Shown: positions 37,194 through 46,078, counted from the first letter of the stretch. The stretch: 64,000 nucleotides of DNA from Zestosphaera sp. (GCA_038843015.1 JAWBSH010000001.1:170766-234765), one strand, 5' to 3'. A program made the numbers and translations. The notes: generated by a model not told the origin, from the letters alone.

Positions 37194-37778
37194 TCATGAC
37201 TTAATAACGCATAAGACCTCTCTCTGACTTAATGAGGTAGTAGACTCGCACAATTCAAAGTCGTGCTCCAAAACTGCGCGAAAGTCAGAACACAATACAG
37301 TATAACAGAGTAAGCCGTTATTTCTTAGTAAGTTCTTAAAGTCGAGAATTACTTCTTTCAGGGGATCTCTACAAGTTAATACAGTAATAGAGAGAACAGT
37401 ATCCGCTACCCCACCTCTAAAGGGAAGCCTGAAAATATCTCCCGCTACCACGTCCCCCAGTAGCCCCGCACGGTTTATCCGCTTCCTGCTCATAAAACAC
37501 ATTGAGGGACTTAAGTCTAGGCCTACATAGTAAGAAAATGCAGTGCTGGAAACCCCACTACACAAGAACTTGATCAAGCTACTCGTGCCGCAACCTAAGT
37601 CGAGAATTACTTGATTTTTACGCGTTAAGTGACTTCTCAGTGATAGTTCTTTAAAGACTCGAATATATTTGCGGGACTGTTCCTCCCCGTAAAGCTCCTC
37701 ATACCCATTGCTAAGTTCCTCATACCAGTTTAATACGTCAAGGCCATCCTCGCGAGTTTCTACAAGTGATTCTCTCAC
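37194..37778 (-). CDS. class I SAM-dependent methyltransferase
   Basis: Motif I VILDLGCGTSS and post-I YYVGLDLS. Confidence 0.7.
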   Translation of the reverse strand: MRESLVETREDGLDVLNWYEELSNGYEELYGEEQSRKYIRVFKELSLRSHLTRKNQVILDLGCGTSSLIKFLCSGVSSTAFSYYVGLDLSPSMCFMSRKRINRAGLLGDVVAGDIFRLPFRGGVADTVLSITVLTCRDPLKEVILDFKNLLRNNGLLCYTVLCSDFRAVLEHDFELCESTTSLSQREVLCVIKS

Positions 37779-37841
37779 TAGCTAATTCCCTCTCTTAAGA
37801 CTTAAAACACACTCCTCTCCTGGTTAGTCGCGATGACTCTC

Positions 37842-38204
37842 TCACGTAGTCTTTAGGTAGTATCTCCACAGGTCTCTATATTTAGATACCTTAGAGTCGT
37901 TCCTTAACATCGCGAGTTGCTGACTACTCAGCTTAAGTGAGACTAAGTATGTTCTCTCACCTTCTCGAGACATGGTGGCTCTTATCCCCTCCCTAATACT
38001 AACTAACCCTATCTCACCCAACTTGCTAACAGCTCTCTTAACTTCGTCTTCTGAGGCCGGTGCCCCACCTAAAGCTTCAACAAACACTCTATACTCGCTC
38101 ATCAACTCACTCAACCACAAAGAGCCCATACAAACGTAGAGAACTCTGAGGACGTCAGCCATTACACTTTCAAGACCCTCAGTAGCTTTAAGTAGTTCCT
38201 CCAT
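37842..38204 (-). CDS. hypothetical protein (possible winged-helix)
   Basis: 120-aa ORF with no diagnostic motif. Confidence 0.4.
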   Translation of the reverse strand: MEELLKATEGLESVMADVLRVLYVCMGSLWLSELMSEYRVFVEALGGAPASEDEVKRAVSKLGEIGLVSIREGIRATMSREGERTYLVSLKLSSQQLAMLRNDSKVSKYRDLWRYYLKTT

Positions 38205-38330
38205 TAGCTACCACCACAAAATCGAGCCGAAACCGTGAGCAACTACTACCCCCTCCTCACGCCCAAAATAACTTATACTTCCGAATTAATATTCTTGAGT
38301 AACGAGATTATAGAAGTCTGGGAACTTGTT

Positions 38331-38648
38331 TCAGGAAGCCTTACTAACTATGTATAAAGACCTAAACTTATCTACTACTCTTATCTCTCCTCTCATACTC
38401 AACTCTCTTATGAGTTTTCTAGCGAGTGTCATCTTAATGCTTAATGCGGTAGCTAGCTGATGTGTAGTTACTACGTCAGAAGATTTTATTGTAGATAGTG
38501 CTCTACTTAAAAGAGATTCGTCGATCTCAGCAAGTCCGGCAGACGAAGATTTCTCCTTTTTCTCAGGCTTCTTAACTTCTTTAACCTCTTCTCTTTTCTG
38601 AGCTTTCTCGGCAGCAGATATAGTCTTCTTCTTTTTACCTCCGCCCAA
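38331..38648 (-). CDS. rps25e: 30S ribosomal protein S25e
   Basis: Lys-rich N-terminus (MGGGKKKK) followed by a winged-helix C-terminus (TTHQLATALSIKMTLARKLIRELSMRGEI). Length is 105 aa. Confidence 0.8.
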   Translation of the reverse strand: MGGGKKKKTISAAEKAQKREEVKEVKKPEKKEKSSSAGLAEIDESLLSRALSTIKSSDVVTTHQLATALSIKMTLARKLIRELSMRGEIRVVDKFRSLYIVSKAS

Positions 38649-38694
38649 ACTACTCCCCCACTGTCTTTATGTCTAGACTAAATAAAAACTTAGC

Positions 38695-38750
38695 TCGATG
38701 AGAACAAGCACTTTCAGAGCGTGACTGTCAAGAGCTACATTCAGGGGGCG
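38695..38750 (+). repeat. partial copy of repeat family F2
   Basis: GAGAACAAGCACTTTCAGAG...GTCAAGAGCTACATTCAGGGGG shares the ACGAGGCTTTC-like core and the exact AGAGCTACATTC block with the copies at 47298 and 61194. Confidence 0.45.
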
Positions 38751-38792
38751 CTAGGGTGAAGTTTTAATAAATAGATTACGTTAACTGAATTA

Positions 38793-39452
38793 GTGTGGGG
38801 GTGTTGCTTGGATAAGAATGCTGTGTGGTCTAAGTTAGTTTTAGAGATTTCTGGCTGTAGGAAGTGTAGACTAGCGGAGAGCAGGACTAAGACTGTTCCT
38901 GGAGAGGGCTCTCTAAATGCTAGAGTAATGTTTGTAGGTGAAGCTCCCGGAAGAAATGAAGATGAAGCAGGAAGACCATTTGTTGGTGCTGCGGGGAAGC
39001 TCCTTAATGAGCTCTTACAGAGCAATAATTTGAGGAGAGAAGAAGTTTTCATAACTAACGTCGTAAAATGCAGGCCCCCCGAGAATAGAGACCCCCTAGA
39101 AGACGAGATACTTAGCTGCTCACATTTCACGAACTCAATAATTCAGCTGATTCAACCGAGTATCATAGTCACTCTAGGCAATCACGCGGGCAGGTACGTC
39201 ATCGAGACCTTGGGCGGGACTAAGTGGTATGGGGTCTCTAAGATGAGGGGTAACGTATATAAAGCCACCCTATTCGGGAGAGAGACTCTAGTTATACCGA
39301 CGTACCACCCGGCAGCAGCTCTCTACAACCCTGCCCCTAGGAAAGCTCTTGAAGAAGATTTTAAGCTAGTAGCCGCAAAGTACAGGGAGTTAACGCAGGG
39401 TGAGACAAGAATTAAAGAACGTAGAAAAACTCTCTTAGACTTCATAAGGTGA
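38793..39452 (+). CDS. udg: uracil-DNA glycosylase, family 4 (Fe-S)
   Basis: Motifs CRKCRLA, GEAPGRNEDEAGRPFVGAAGKLL and HPAAALYNP. Confidence 0.9.
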   Translation: MWGCCLDKNAVWSKLVLEISGCRKCRLAESRTKTVPGEGSLNARVMFVGEAPGRNEDEAGRPFVGAAGKLLNELLQSNNLRREEVFITNVVKCRPPENRDPLEDEILSCSHFTNSIIQLIQPSIIVTLGNHAGRYVIETLGGTKWYGVSKMRGNVYKATLFGRETLVIPTYHPAAALYNPAPRKALEEDFKLVAAKYRELTQGETRIKERRKTLLDFIR

Positions 39453-39913
39453 TTTTGTTGGGCGAGACTTCTAAACTCAATAATGAGGAACTAAAGAATT
39501 ACGTGAGGAAGAAGATAGAGGAGTTAAGAAGTGAGCTCCAGTATCTCGAGGAGTTACTGAAGATTCTTGAAGGAGAAAGAAGTGTTGAGGCGTCAGTACT
39601 TCAGGCAACTAGGGTTGACGTGATAGCGGTGGGTGACAGCGTCGTAGCTAACGTTATAGTTTCTCAGGAAGGTCTTAGAGTAATACTTACGGAGGCTCTG
39701 CCAGCTAATCACCCACTCATAACGTCATTCCTCACAAGGATTCTTGAAGAGCAACGAGAGAGGGGGGTTGTTGAAACCTACAAAATAAATGAGAAGAGAG
39801 GTTATGTCTATGATATAGAAATTAAGGGCAAGATAAATAACTTAGTGTACAGGGAAATTGAAGCAGCAATCTCTTACGTGTGGTCTAGCCTTCGAGAGAA
39901 GAGCACTACATAA
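39449..39913 (+). CDS. hypothetical protein (coupled to UDG)
   Basis: 154-aa ORF overlapping the UDG stop by 4 nt. It has a coiled-coil N-terminus and no recognisable family. Confidence 0.45.
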   Translation: MILLGETSKLNNEELKNYVRKKIEELRSELQYLEELLKILEGERSVEASVLQATRVDVIAVGDSVVANVIVSQEGLRVILTEALPANHPLITSFLTRILEEQRERGVVETYKINEKRGYVYDIEIKGKINNLVYREIEAAISYVWSSLREKSTT

Positions 39914-40140
39914 CTCTTGCGTGCTCAGCGTAACACTGATAAGGCATCAATACCTTCTTGCCGGGTTCTCATCATCAGTTAGTAAGTATGTATTGAGGTT
40001 ATTAAGTATGAAAGTATCTACCAGCACCAGTAAGTGATTTATTTAAGCTTAGTAAAGTATTGTGATTTGGGTGTGAAGTAACGGAGTTTAGGTTAGTTGT
40101 TGAAGCTCTAGACAAAATAGAGAAAACCTCATCTAGGAAC

Positions 40141-41883
40141 ATGAAGACCACCTTACTTGCTAATCTGCTTAGGTCTACTCCTAAAGAAGTCATAGATAAA
40201 GTCGTCTACTTCATACTAGGCAGGATATGGCCTGAGTGGATGGGGATGCCAGAGATAGGAGTCGATGAAGAGTTGCTAGTCAAGATCATATCTAAAGCAA
40301 CAGGAGTCAGAGAAGCAGTGATTGACCAGAAGCTCAGAGAGCGAGGAGACCCTGGACTAGTGATTGAAGATATAAAGAGGGGCGAGAAAACAACAACGCG
40401 AGATTTAACTAAATTCATGGGTAGGGGCGTGGGTTCAGACACTTTAAGCGTGGAGAGAGTATATGATGTTTTCTCTAAGGTAGCTCTAGCTACTGGTGAG
40501 GGTAGCAGGGCACTCAAAATAAACCTGCTGGTTGGCTTGTTTAAAGAAGCCTCACCGCTTGAAGCCAGATATATAGCAAGATTCGTGACGGGCGACATGA
40601 GAACAGGGATTCAAGACATGACAGTCATTGATGCATTAGCTATAGTATTCGGTGGTGACGAAAGGTATGAGAAGATGATAGAGAAAGCATACTATGTTAG
40701 GGCAGGTGATTTAGGACTGATAGCTAAGATGCTGGCCGAGCATGGGATAAAAGCCGTGGAAGATATTAAACCTGAGGTAGGGATCCCCATAAAACCCATG
40801 CTAGCTAACAGGGAGAACGACCCTAAAGAAATACTAAGGCAAGTTGGCGGCAAGGCCATAGTAGAGTATAAGTATGATGGTGAGAGAGGACAGATACACA
40901 AGAAAGGAGAAGTAATTAAAATATTCTCAAGAAACCTAGAAAACATTACGCACCAATACCCAGACGTAGTAGAACTAGCTAAGTCAAACATACTCAGTAG
41001 TGAGGCAATAGTTGAGGGGGAGATTGTCGCGGTAGACCCGGAGACAGGGTTCCTCATGCCATTCCAAGAATTAATGCATAGGAAAAGAAAACACGAAATT
41101 CATGAAGCTGTTAAGGGAATTCCAGTAAGTGTTTTCTTGTTTGATGTTATGTATAATGAAGGTGAAGACCTCCTAGATAAGCCACTACCCTACAGAAGAG
41201 AAGTCTTAAAGAAAATAATTAAAGAAACAGATAACTTCAGGATAGCCCACAGTATAGTTACTGAAGACCCCCAAGAACTTGAGGACTTCTTCCTTAAAGC
41301 TATTGAAGACGGTGCCGAGGGAGTCATGGTTAAAGCAACACACAGCAACTCGATATATCAGGCTGGCGCTAGAGGGTGGTTATGGGTAAAGTATAAGCGT
41401 GACTACAAGAGTGAAATGATTGACACAGTAGATTTAGTAGTTATAGGAGCTTTTGCTGGAAGAGGTAAGAGGAGCGGCAGGTTTGGAGCGTTACTCATGG
41501 GCGCCTACGATGAAGATACAGACACCTTTAAGAGTGTCTGCAAAGTCGGCACCGGATTCACAGATAAAGACCTTGAAGAAATGACTGAGATGCTGAAACC
41601 CTACGTAGTCAACTATAAGCCCTCTAACGTAGACTCAGAGATGACCCCGGATGTGTGGATACTACCTCATTACGTAGCTGAGATAATAGGAGCTGAACTC
41701 ACGCTGTCCCCGGCACACACGTGTTGTAAAGACTTAATAAAGAAAGGAGCTGGGATCTCAATAAGATTCCCCAGATTTATTAGGTGGCGCTCAGACAAGA
41801 CACCAAGAGAAGCCACGACTACTAAAGAAATACTAGAGATGTATAAGAAGCAATTAAAGAAAATAGAAGAGACAAAAATTTAA
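40141..41883 (+). CDS. lig: ATP-dependent DNA ligase (conserved N-terminus extends upstream to an ACG codon at 40081)
   Basis: Adenylation motif KYDGERGQIH, plus EGVMVK, RGWLWVKYKRDY and the C-terminal FPRFIRWRSDK. See the finding on the start codon. Confidence 0.95.
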   Translation: MKTTLLANLLRSTPKEVIDKVVYFILGRIWPEWMGMPEIGVDEELLVKIISKATGVREAVIDQKLRERGDPGLVIEDIKRGEKTTTRDLTKFMGRGVGSDTLSVERVYDVFSKVALATGEGSRALKINLLVGLFKEASPLEARYIARFVTGDMRTGIQDMTVIDALAIVFGGDERYEKMIEKAYYVRAGDLGLIAKMLAEHGIKAVEDIKPEVGIPIKPMLANRENDPKEILRQVGGKAIVEYKYDGERGQIHKKGEVIKIFSRNLENITHQYPDVVELAKSNILSSEAIVEGEIVAVDPETGFLMPFQELMHRKRKHEIHEAVKGIPVSVFLFDVMYNEGEDLLDKPLPYRREVLKKIIKETDNFRIAHSIVTEDPQELEDFFLKAIEDGAEGVMVKATHSNSIYQAGARGWLWVKYKRDYKSEMIDTVDLVVIGAFAGRGKRSGRFGALLMGAYDEDTDTFKSVCKVGTGFTDKDLEEMTEMLKPYVVNYKPSNVDSEMTPDVWILPHYVAEIIGAELTLSPAHTCCKDLIKKGAGISIRFPRFIRWRSDKTPREATTTKEILEMYKKQLKKIEETKI

Positions 41884-41906
41884 CACTACTCATCACCTAT
41901 AAATCT

Positions 41907-41963
41907 TGGAATGAAGAATGTGGCGGACTCTGAAAGGTGAGGACTTAGGAGCCCTCTGACCAC
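41907..41963 (+). ncRNA. C/D box sRNA
   Basis: GGA-AUGAAGA(C, 41911-41917)-12 nt-CUGA(D')-AAG-GUGAGGA(C')-12 nt-CUGA(D, 41956-41959)-CC. It spans 49 nt from C to D. Its C-box variant matches the sRNA at 4302-4357. Confidence 0.7.
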
Positions 41964-42007
41964 CTACACAACCTGCTTACTAGAAGATGTCTCGCGCAGT
42001 TGTTTCA

Positions 42008-42220
42008 GGTTTCATGAAGGTTTATAGAGTTTAGTATGCACGCATTCGCCACGGGTACACCGGAATATGGGAGTTCCTCACGGCAGTGAGCCCGGTGAGA
42101 GGATTGTAGGTTAGGGTCGCCCCAAACAGGTGGAGACCGATAATAAGGTCTCCGATGAGGGGGGCCGAGGTCTGTGAAGCCAGGGGTTGACAACAAACAA
42201 CATCAACCAACATGAAACCC
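42008..42220 (+). repeat. GC-rich structured interspersed element, family F1, copy A (MITE-like or sRNA)
   Basis: The termini GGTTTCATG / CATGAAACC are inverse complements. Internal perfect hairpins are GGAGACC-8 nt-GGUCUCC and GGUUGA-12 nt-UCAACC. The 5' end and the 3' ~70 nt are homologous to 63500-63768 on the minus strand. Confidence 0.6.
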
Positions 42221-42313
42221 AGAGCCCTTCAAATAACTACATAAAGTTAACTCAAACAAATTAAAATCCTTATTAAGACTTACCTAGATCAAGTAATTAT
42301 AGAGGGGGCTAGA

Positions 42314-42616
42314 ATGTCTTCAAAGGTCCGGATGTTGTTAGGGACTGGCGTAGTACTGGGTTACAGATTCAGTAATAGAGAACAGAACCCTAATCAAGTA
42401 TTCATAAAGATTCTTTCAACGATACTTAAGAGCCCACATAATTTAGTGGGTGCTAAGGTGTTAGTGAAAGACAGACATGGAAATGTGTATCATGGTAGGG
42501 TAATCAGGGTTCACGGGAGCGGAAAGAACAAGGTAGTTATAGCTAGGTTTAACAACAACTTACCCGGACAAGTAATAGGTTCTAGTGTAGATATATTCAG
42601 ACTTAGAAGCTCTTGA
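42314..42616 (+). CDS. rpl35ae: 50S ribosomal protein L35Ae
   Basis: 100 aa with the L35Ae-like pattern GVVLGYRFS...VKDRHGNVYHGRVIRVHGSGKNKVVIARFNNNLPGQ. Confidence 0.8.
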   Translation: MSSKVRMLLGTGVVLGYRFSNREQNPNQVFIKILSTILKSPHNLVGAKVLVKDRHGNVYHGRVIRVHGSGKNKVVIARFNNNLPGQVIGSSVDIFRLRSS

Positions 42617-42657
42617 GGAGAAGTTAGTTTAAATGCTTTGTAAGATATAATGCGTAT

Positions 42658-43140
42658 GTGGCTGTCATGAGATTCGTTGCGGACACTATGTTAGGGAACC
42701 TAGCTCGTTGGCTGAGGATACTCGGTTATGATACTCTCTACTCTAGCTCTTTCGAGGACTGGAGACTCCTGCGTATCGCGGAAGAAGAAGAGAGAATCCT
42801 TCTCACTAGAGACGAATCACTTTTCAGGAGAGCTAAAACAAGAGGCTTAAGCGCTGTTCTAATTACGTCTGACGATATTGCTGAGATGCTCGCGTATGTA
42901 GCTACTAAGACCGGCATAGAACTTTCTTTTAATCCTTCAAGGACTAGATGTCCTGAGTGTAACACGTTGTTAATGAAGATAAGTAGGGCTGAAGCACTCT
43001 CCCTGCTAGAAAATAACGTAGCCACTAAATACGAAGATTTCTGGAGATGCGGAAGATGCGGTAAGATTTACTGGCAAGGCAATCACTGGAAAACTATTAG
43101 CTTAATACTTGAGAAAGCAAGCAAATTAATAAAACTTTAA
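42658..43140 (+). CDS. Mut7-C RNase domain (DUF82, PIN-like) protein with C-terminal zinc ribbon
   Basis: N-terminus RFVADTMLGNLARWLRILGYDT and C-terminus CPECN...CGRCGKIYWQGNHW. Confidence 0.75.
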   Translation: MAVMRFVADTMLGNLARWLRILGYDTLYSSSFEDWRLLRIAEEEERILLTRDESLFRRAKTRGLSAVLITSDDIAEMLAYVATKTGIELSFNPSRTRCPECNTLLMKISRAEALSLLENNVATKYEDFWRCGRCGKIYWQGNHWKTISLILEKASKLIKL

Positions 43141-43164
43141 CCAATTTAGAATTAGGTTGAGCGT

Positions 43165-43848
43165 ATGTGTAGTTCATACGTTGACCCAGAAGACCTAACA
43201 CTAGAAGAAGGAACTTTCTTAGTAAGGCTTGCTAGGAGAGCTGTTGAGAACTACATCATTAGAAACGTAGTTATTGAGTTGCCTGAAGACACCCCTCAAA
43301 AATTGAGGGGTATGGGCGCATCATTCGTAACGTTACTTAAGATTAGCGGGGCTGAATCACATGAGTTGAGGGGATGCATAGGCTACGTAAAACCTGTCGA
43401 GCCTCTGGCACTGAACGTGATTCACGCAGCTATTGCAGCTGCTACAGAAGACCCTAGATTCCCACCTCTAGAACCTAGAGAATTAACAGAAGTAATTTTT
43501 GAAGTCTCCGTGCTTTCTAAGATGATAGAGATTTCAAGAAACCCTAAGAAAAGACCGAGTGAGTTTTTAATAGGTAGAGACGGCTTAATGGTGGAGTACG
43601 GCTTTTACAGTGGTCTGCTACTTCCTGAAGTTCCCGTAGAGTATTGCTGGGATAACGAGACATTCTTAGCTGAAACTTGTTTTAAGGCTGGGTTAAGCCC
43701 TGATTGCTGGCTAAACGAGAGAGTTAAAGTTTTCAGGTTTAGTGCGAGGACCTTTAAGGAGGTAAGGCCTGGCGGGGACGTAATTATTAGGGATTTCATT
43801 AAAGAATACTCGACTAATTGTGGACAAAGCGTTGTGAAGCTTCGGTGA
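43165..43848 (+). CDS. AMMECR1 domain protein
   Basis: LRGCIGY motif and DPRFPP. Length is 227 aa. Confidence 0.8.
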   Translation: MCSSYVDPEDLTLEEGTFLVRLARRAVENYIIRNVVIELPEDTPQKLRGMGASFVTLLKISGAESHELRGCIGYVKPVEPLALNVIHAAIAAATEDPRFPPLEPRELTEVIFEVSVLSKMIEISRNPKKRPSEFLIGRDGLMVEYGFYSGLLLPEVPVEYCWDNETFLAETCFKAGLSPDCWLNERVKVFRFSARTFKEVRPGGDVIIRDFIKEYSTNCGQSVVKLR

Positions 43849-44483
43849 TAATCTTGCGCGTTAAGTTGATCGCGTGGACTGGAGGGTATTTAGAAGATCT
43901 GAGGAGACTCATAGTGTTGGCAGTAAAGACTTCAGCTGGTAAGTTAGGGCTGAAGGAGGCTGAGTATTACTTGAAGGAGTACAAAGAAGAAAACGTAGGA
44001 AAGCACGTTATGGAGTCATTTAAGTACCCTTCAGTTTTGGAACACGTTGTTTTCACTTTCCTTATCGAGGGAATTTCTAGAGTAGCTTCTCATCAGTTAG
44101 TTAGACACAGAATAGCATCGTACACTCAGGAAAGCCAGAGATACTCAGCTGTTGAGAGAGATTACGTTGTTCCGGCTTCCGTAATTAAGGCGGGTTTTGA
44201 GGAGGAGTTTAGGAAGCTTATGGAGGAGGCCTACAGACTCTATGACGAAATGATTAGTGCTGGCGTACCTTATGAGGACGCCAGATATGTGGTGCCTCAA
44301 GCTGTTACGACGAGGTTACTAATGACTGTTAACTTGAGAGAACTTATACACATAGCTTGTCTGAGACTCTCACCACACGCTCAATGGGAATTAAGAGAGT
44401 TGGTTAGGTTAATGATTGAAGAGGCTAAGAAAGTTGTGCCTGAATTGCCTTATCTTTTGCAGAACATGTGTGAAGAGCCTTAA
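43818..44483 (+). CDS. thyX: FAD-dependent thymidylate synthase
   Basis: ThyX signature RHRIASYTQESQRY. The likely start is TTG near 43854 (MRVKLIAWT). Confidence 0.9.
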   Translation: MWTKRCEASVIILRVKLIAWTGGYLEDLRRLIVLAVKTSAGKLGLKEAEYYLKEYKEENVGKHVMESFKYPSVLEHVVFTFLIEGISRVASHQLVRHRIASYTQESQRYSAVERDYVVPASVIKAGFEEEFRKLMEEAYRLYDEMISAGVPYEDARYVVPQAVTTRLLMTVNLRELIHIACLRLSPHAQWELRELVRLMIEEAKKVVPELPYLLQNMCEEP

Positions 44484-44525
44484 GTATGAGGTCATAGTGA
44501 GTTTTTCTAGTACCTGATACAATAG

Positions 44526-45161
44526 TCACTTGTGTTCTTTGACGAGATCTATTAATTCCCTCAAATCTTTAATTATGTGCCGCGGTTTAACAGTTGAGCT
44601 TCTGCATTCACTCCTGCATATAAGTACTGAGATAGCGCCTATCAAATTAGCAGGTATGATATCATACTCCGTATCACCTACAATAAAGGATTCATGAGGT
44701 CTCACATCGATCCTGTTAAGCGCTTCTATAAACATATCTGGTTCTGGTTTGCCCCTACTAACTATGTCGCTACCCACGAATGAATCAAAGAAATCCATGA
44801 TGTTTTTTGCCTTAAGTACCGCTACTATAGTTTCTAAATTAGTTGAGGAAGCCACTGCTAATCTCAACCCGTAAACATATTTTAGTTCTTCTAGAACCTC
44901 AGGAACTTCAGGAAAAAGTTTTACCTCATTTACTCTAGCTAGGTAGATTTTCCTCTTGAGTTTAGCTAATCTTAACGCTTTGTTAAAGTCGCTCACTAAA
45001 CTCTTAGCAATATCCTCAGCTGAGAGACCTACTAATCCCCTAACGTAAGCTTCACTTACTTCTACACCTAACTCACGACATGCCTCAACCCAAGTCAAAA
45101 CATGCAGGTCTACTGTATCAACCAACGTGCCGTCTAAATCAAAGACAACTCCTCTTATCAT
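44526..45161 (-). CDS. HAD-superfamily hydrolase (beta-phosphoglucomutase/phosphatase-like)
   Basis: Motif I VVFDLDGTLVDT, motif II ASST and motif IV GDTEYD. Confidence 0.8.
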   Translation of the reverse strand: MIRGVVFDLDGTLVDTVDLHVLTWVEACRELGVEVSEAYVRGLVGLSAEDIAKSLVSDFNKALRLAKLKRKIYLARVNEVKLFPEVPEVLEELKYVYGLRLAVASSTNLETIVAVLKAKNIMDFFDSFVGSDIVSRGKPEPDMFIEALNRIDVRPHESFIVGDTEYDIIPANLIGAISVLICRSECRSSTVKPRHIIKDLRELIDLVKEHK

Positions 45162-45256
45162 TCTCTCCCCTAAACTTAATCTAGCTTAAATTATTAGCAA
45201 TAATGTTACGCCACAATAGTCTTTAACTACTCTCAACTTCTAGCCCTTACCTCATT

Positions 45257-45544
45257 TTAACTAACTAAGTAACGCATTATGACTTCATAAGTAGTTATCC
45301 ACATTATGAAGGAGACTGAATAAACTATAGAGACTCCTCTAGGTCTCCCTAACCCGCCCAACACTTTATGTACCGCTATGTATATCGGATAACACATGAA
45401 GTACGCGAGAACTAACACATAATCTGAGAATACGCTAGCTTGCGGCACAACAACTCTCATTACATAAGAGAGTATCCCTAAGAATACCCCGAAAGAGAAG
45501 CCGTAGGTGAATGCTCTCCCAAACCACGACTTGAGGAACTCCAT
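45257..45544 (-). CDS. small membrane protein (hypothetical)
   Basis: 95-aa ORF with three hydrophobic helices, directly abutting the upstream ORF. Confidence 0.45.
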   Translation of the reverse strand: MEFLKSWFGRAFTYGFSFGVFLGILSYVMRVVVPQASVFSDYVLVLAYFMCYPIYIAVHKVLGGLGRPRGVSIVYSVSFIMWITTYEVIMRYLVS

Positions 45545-46078
45545 TCAGACACCACTTAAACACTTCTCTAATTCACACATTATACTCAACAACCTTCTTA
45601 TTAAGTTATCATCACATGAGATAACCTGCCTCAAATCGCTTACTGAGGCAACATGCTCTCCAGCACTAATTGGATACGCTCTAATCTTGAGCATGTGCTG
45701 AGTAATCAAGACCTCGAGTAGTAAGTTGATGTCCTCTACACGCTTACTGCATACGACCTTACCACCTATGGTGACGCAACTAGACACACAAGACTTAACT
45801 CTAGACAGCTCTCTACTTACGTTTTCCAAGACACGCAGTCTGTTAACGTACGTGCTTAAGCACCTGCATGAATTAATTAAGTCTCTCGCGTTTTTCAGAA
45901 ATTTAACTACGTTATCAGCGAATTCGTCATCACAGGGCCGGCCTCGAAACCTCAACCTAACAAAATTTGATGTTGTGTCAGAATATGTTATATCGCCTCT
46001 AAGCTCCTTAACGAGTTTGAGGAACCCTATTAAGTCTCTACTCACAACAATCATGAACTCGTTAGTGATTAAACTCAT
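45545..46078 (-). CDS. hypothetical protein
   Basis: 177-aa Cys-rich ORF with no recognisable motif. Confidence 0.4.
   Translation of the reverse strand: MSLITNEFMIVVSRDLIGFLKLVKELRGDITYSDTTSNFVRLRFRGRPCDDEFADNVVKFLKNARDLINSCRCLSTYVNRLRVLENVSRELSRVKSCVSSCVTIGGKVVCSKRVEDINLLLEVLITQHMLKIRAYPISAGEHVASVSDLRQVISCDDNLIRRLLSIMCELEKCLSGV

Noticed and set aside
38741-39130. 129-aa minus-strand ORF overlapping the UDG gene.
   Set aside because: It is antisense to a gene with unambiguous family 4 UDG motifs, and its 3' part covers an F2 repeat fragment.
39925-39980. Possible minus-strand C/D box sRNA (AUGAUGA ... UUGAUGC ... CUGA) between the 154-aa gene and ligase.
   Set aside because: No acceptable D' box lies 12 nt after the C box. 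The C' box is degenerate, and the C'-to-D spacing is about 15 nt instead of 12. This is not convincing without expression data.
42005-42213. Two overlapping 60-63-aa minus-strand ORFs.
   Set aside because: They sit entirely inside repeat family F1 copy A, are Pro/Gly/Arg-rich as expected from GC-rich structured DNA, and have no start context.
41921-42220. GC-rich region after the ligase gene, first considered as RNase P RNA or SRP (7S) RNA.
   Set aside because: The universal motifs I remember are absent on either strand (RNase P GAGGAAAGUCC and ACAGAA..GGCUUA; the SRP helix-8 GGAAGGGAGCA-type sequence). The 5' part resolves cleanly into a C/D box sRNA. The rest has a homologous second copy at 63500-63768, which a single-copy housekeeping RNA should not have.
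44469-44515. GUGAAGA ... GUGAGUU ... CUGA pattern overlapping the thyX stop codon.
   Set aside because: The internal boxes are poor and the spacing is off (10-11 nt). It is probably a chance match.
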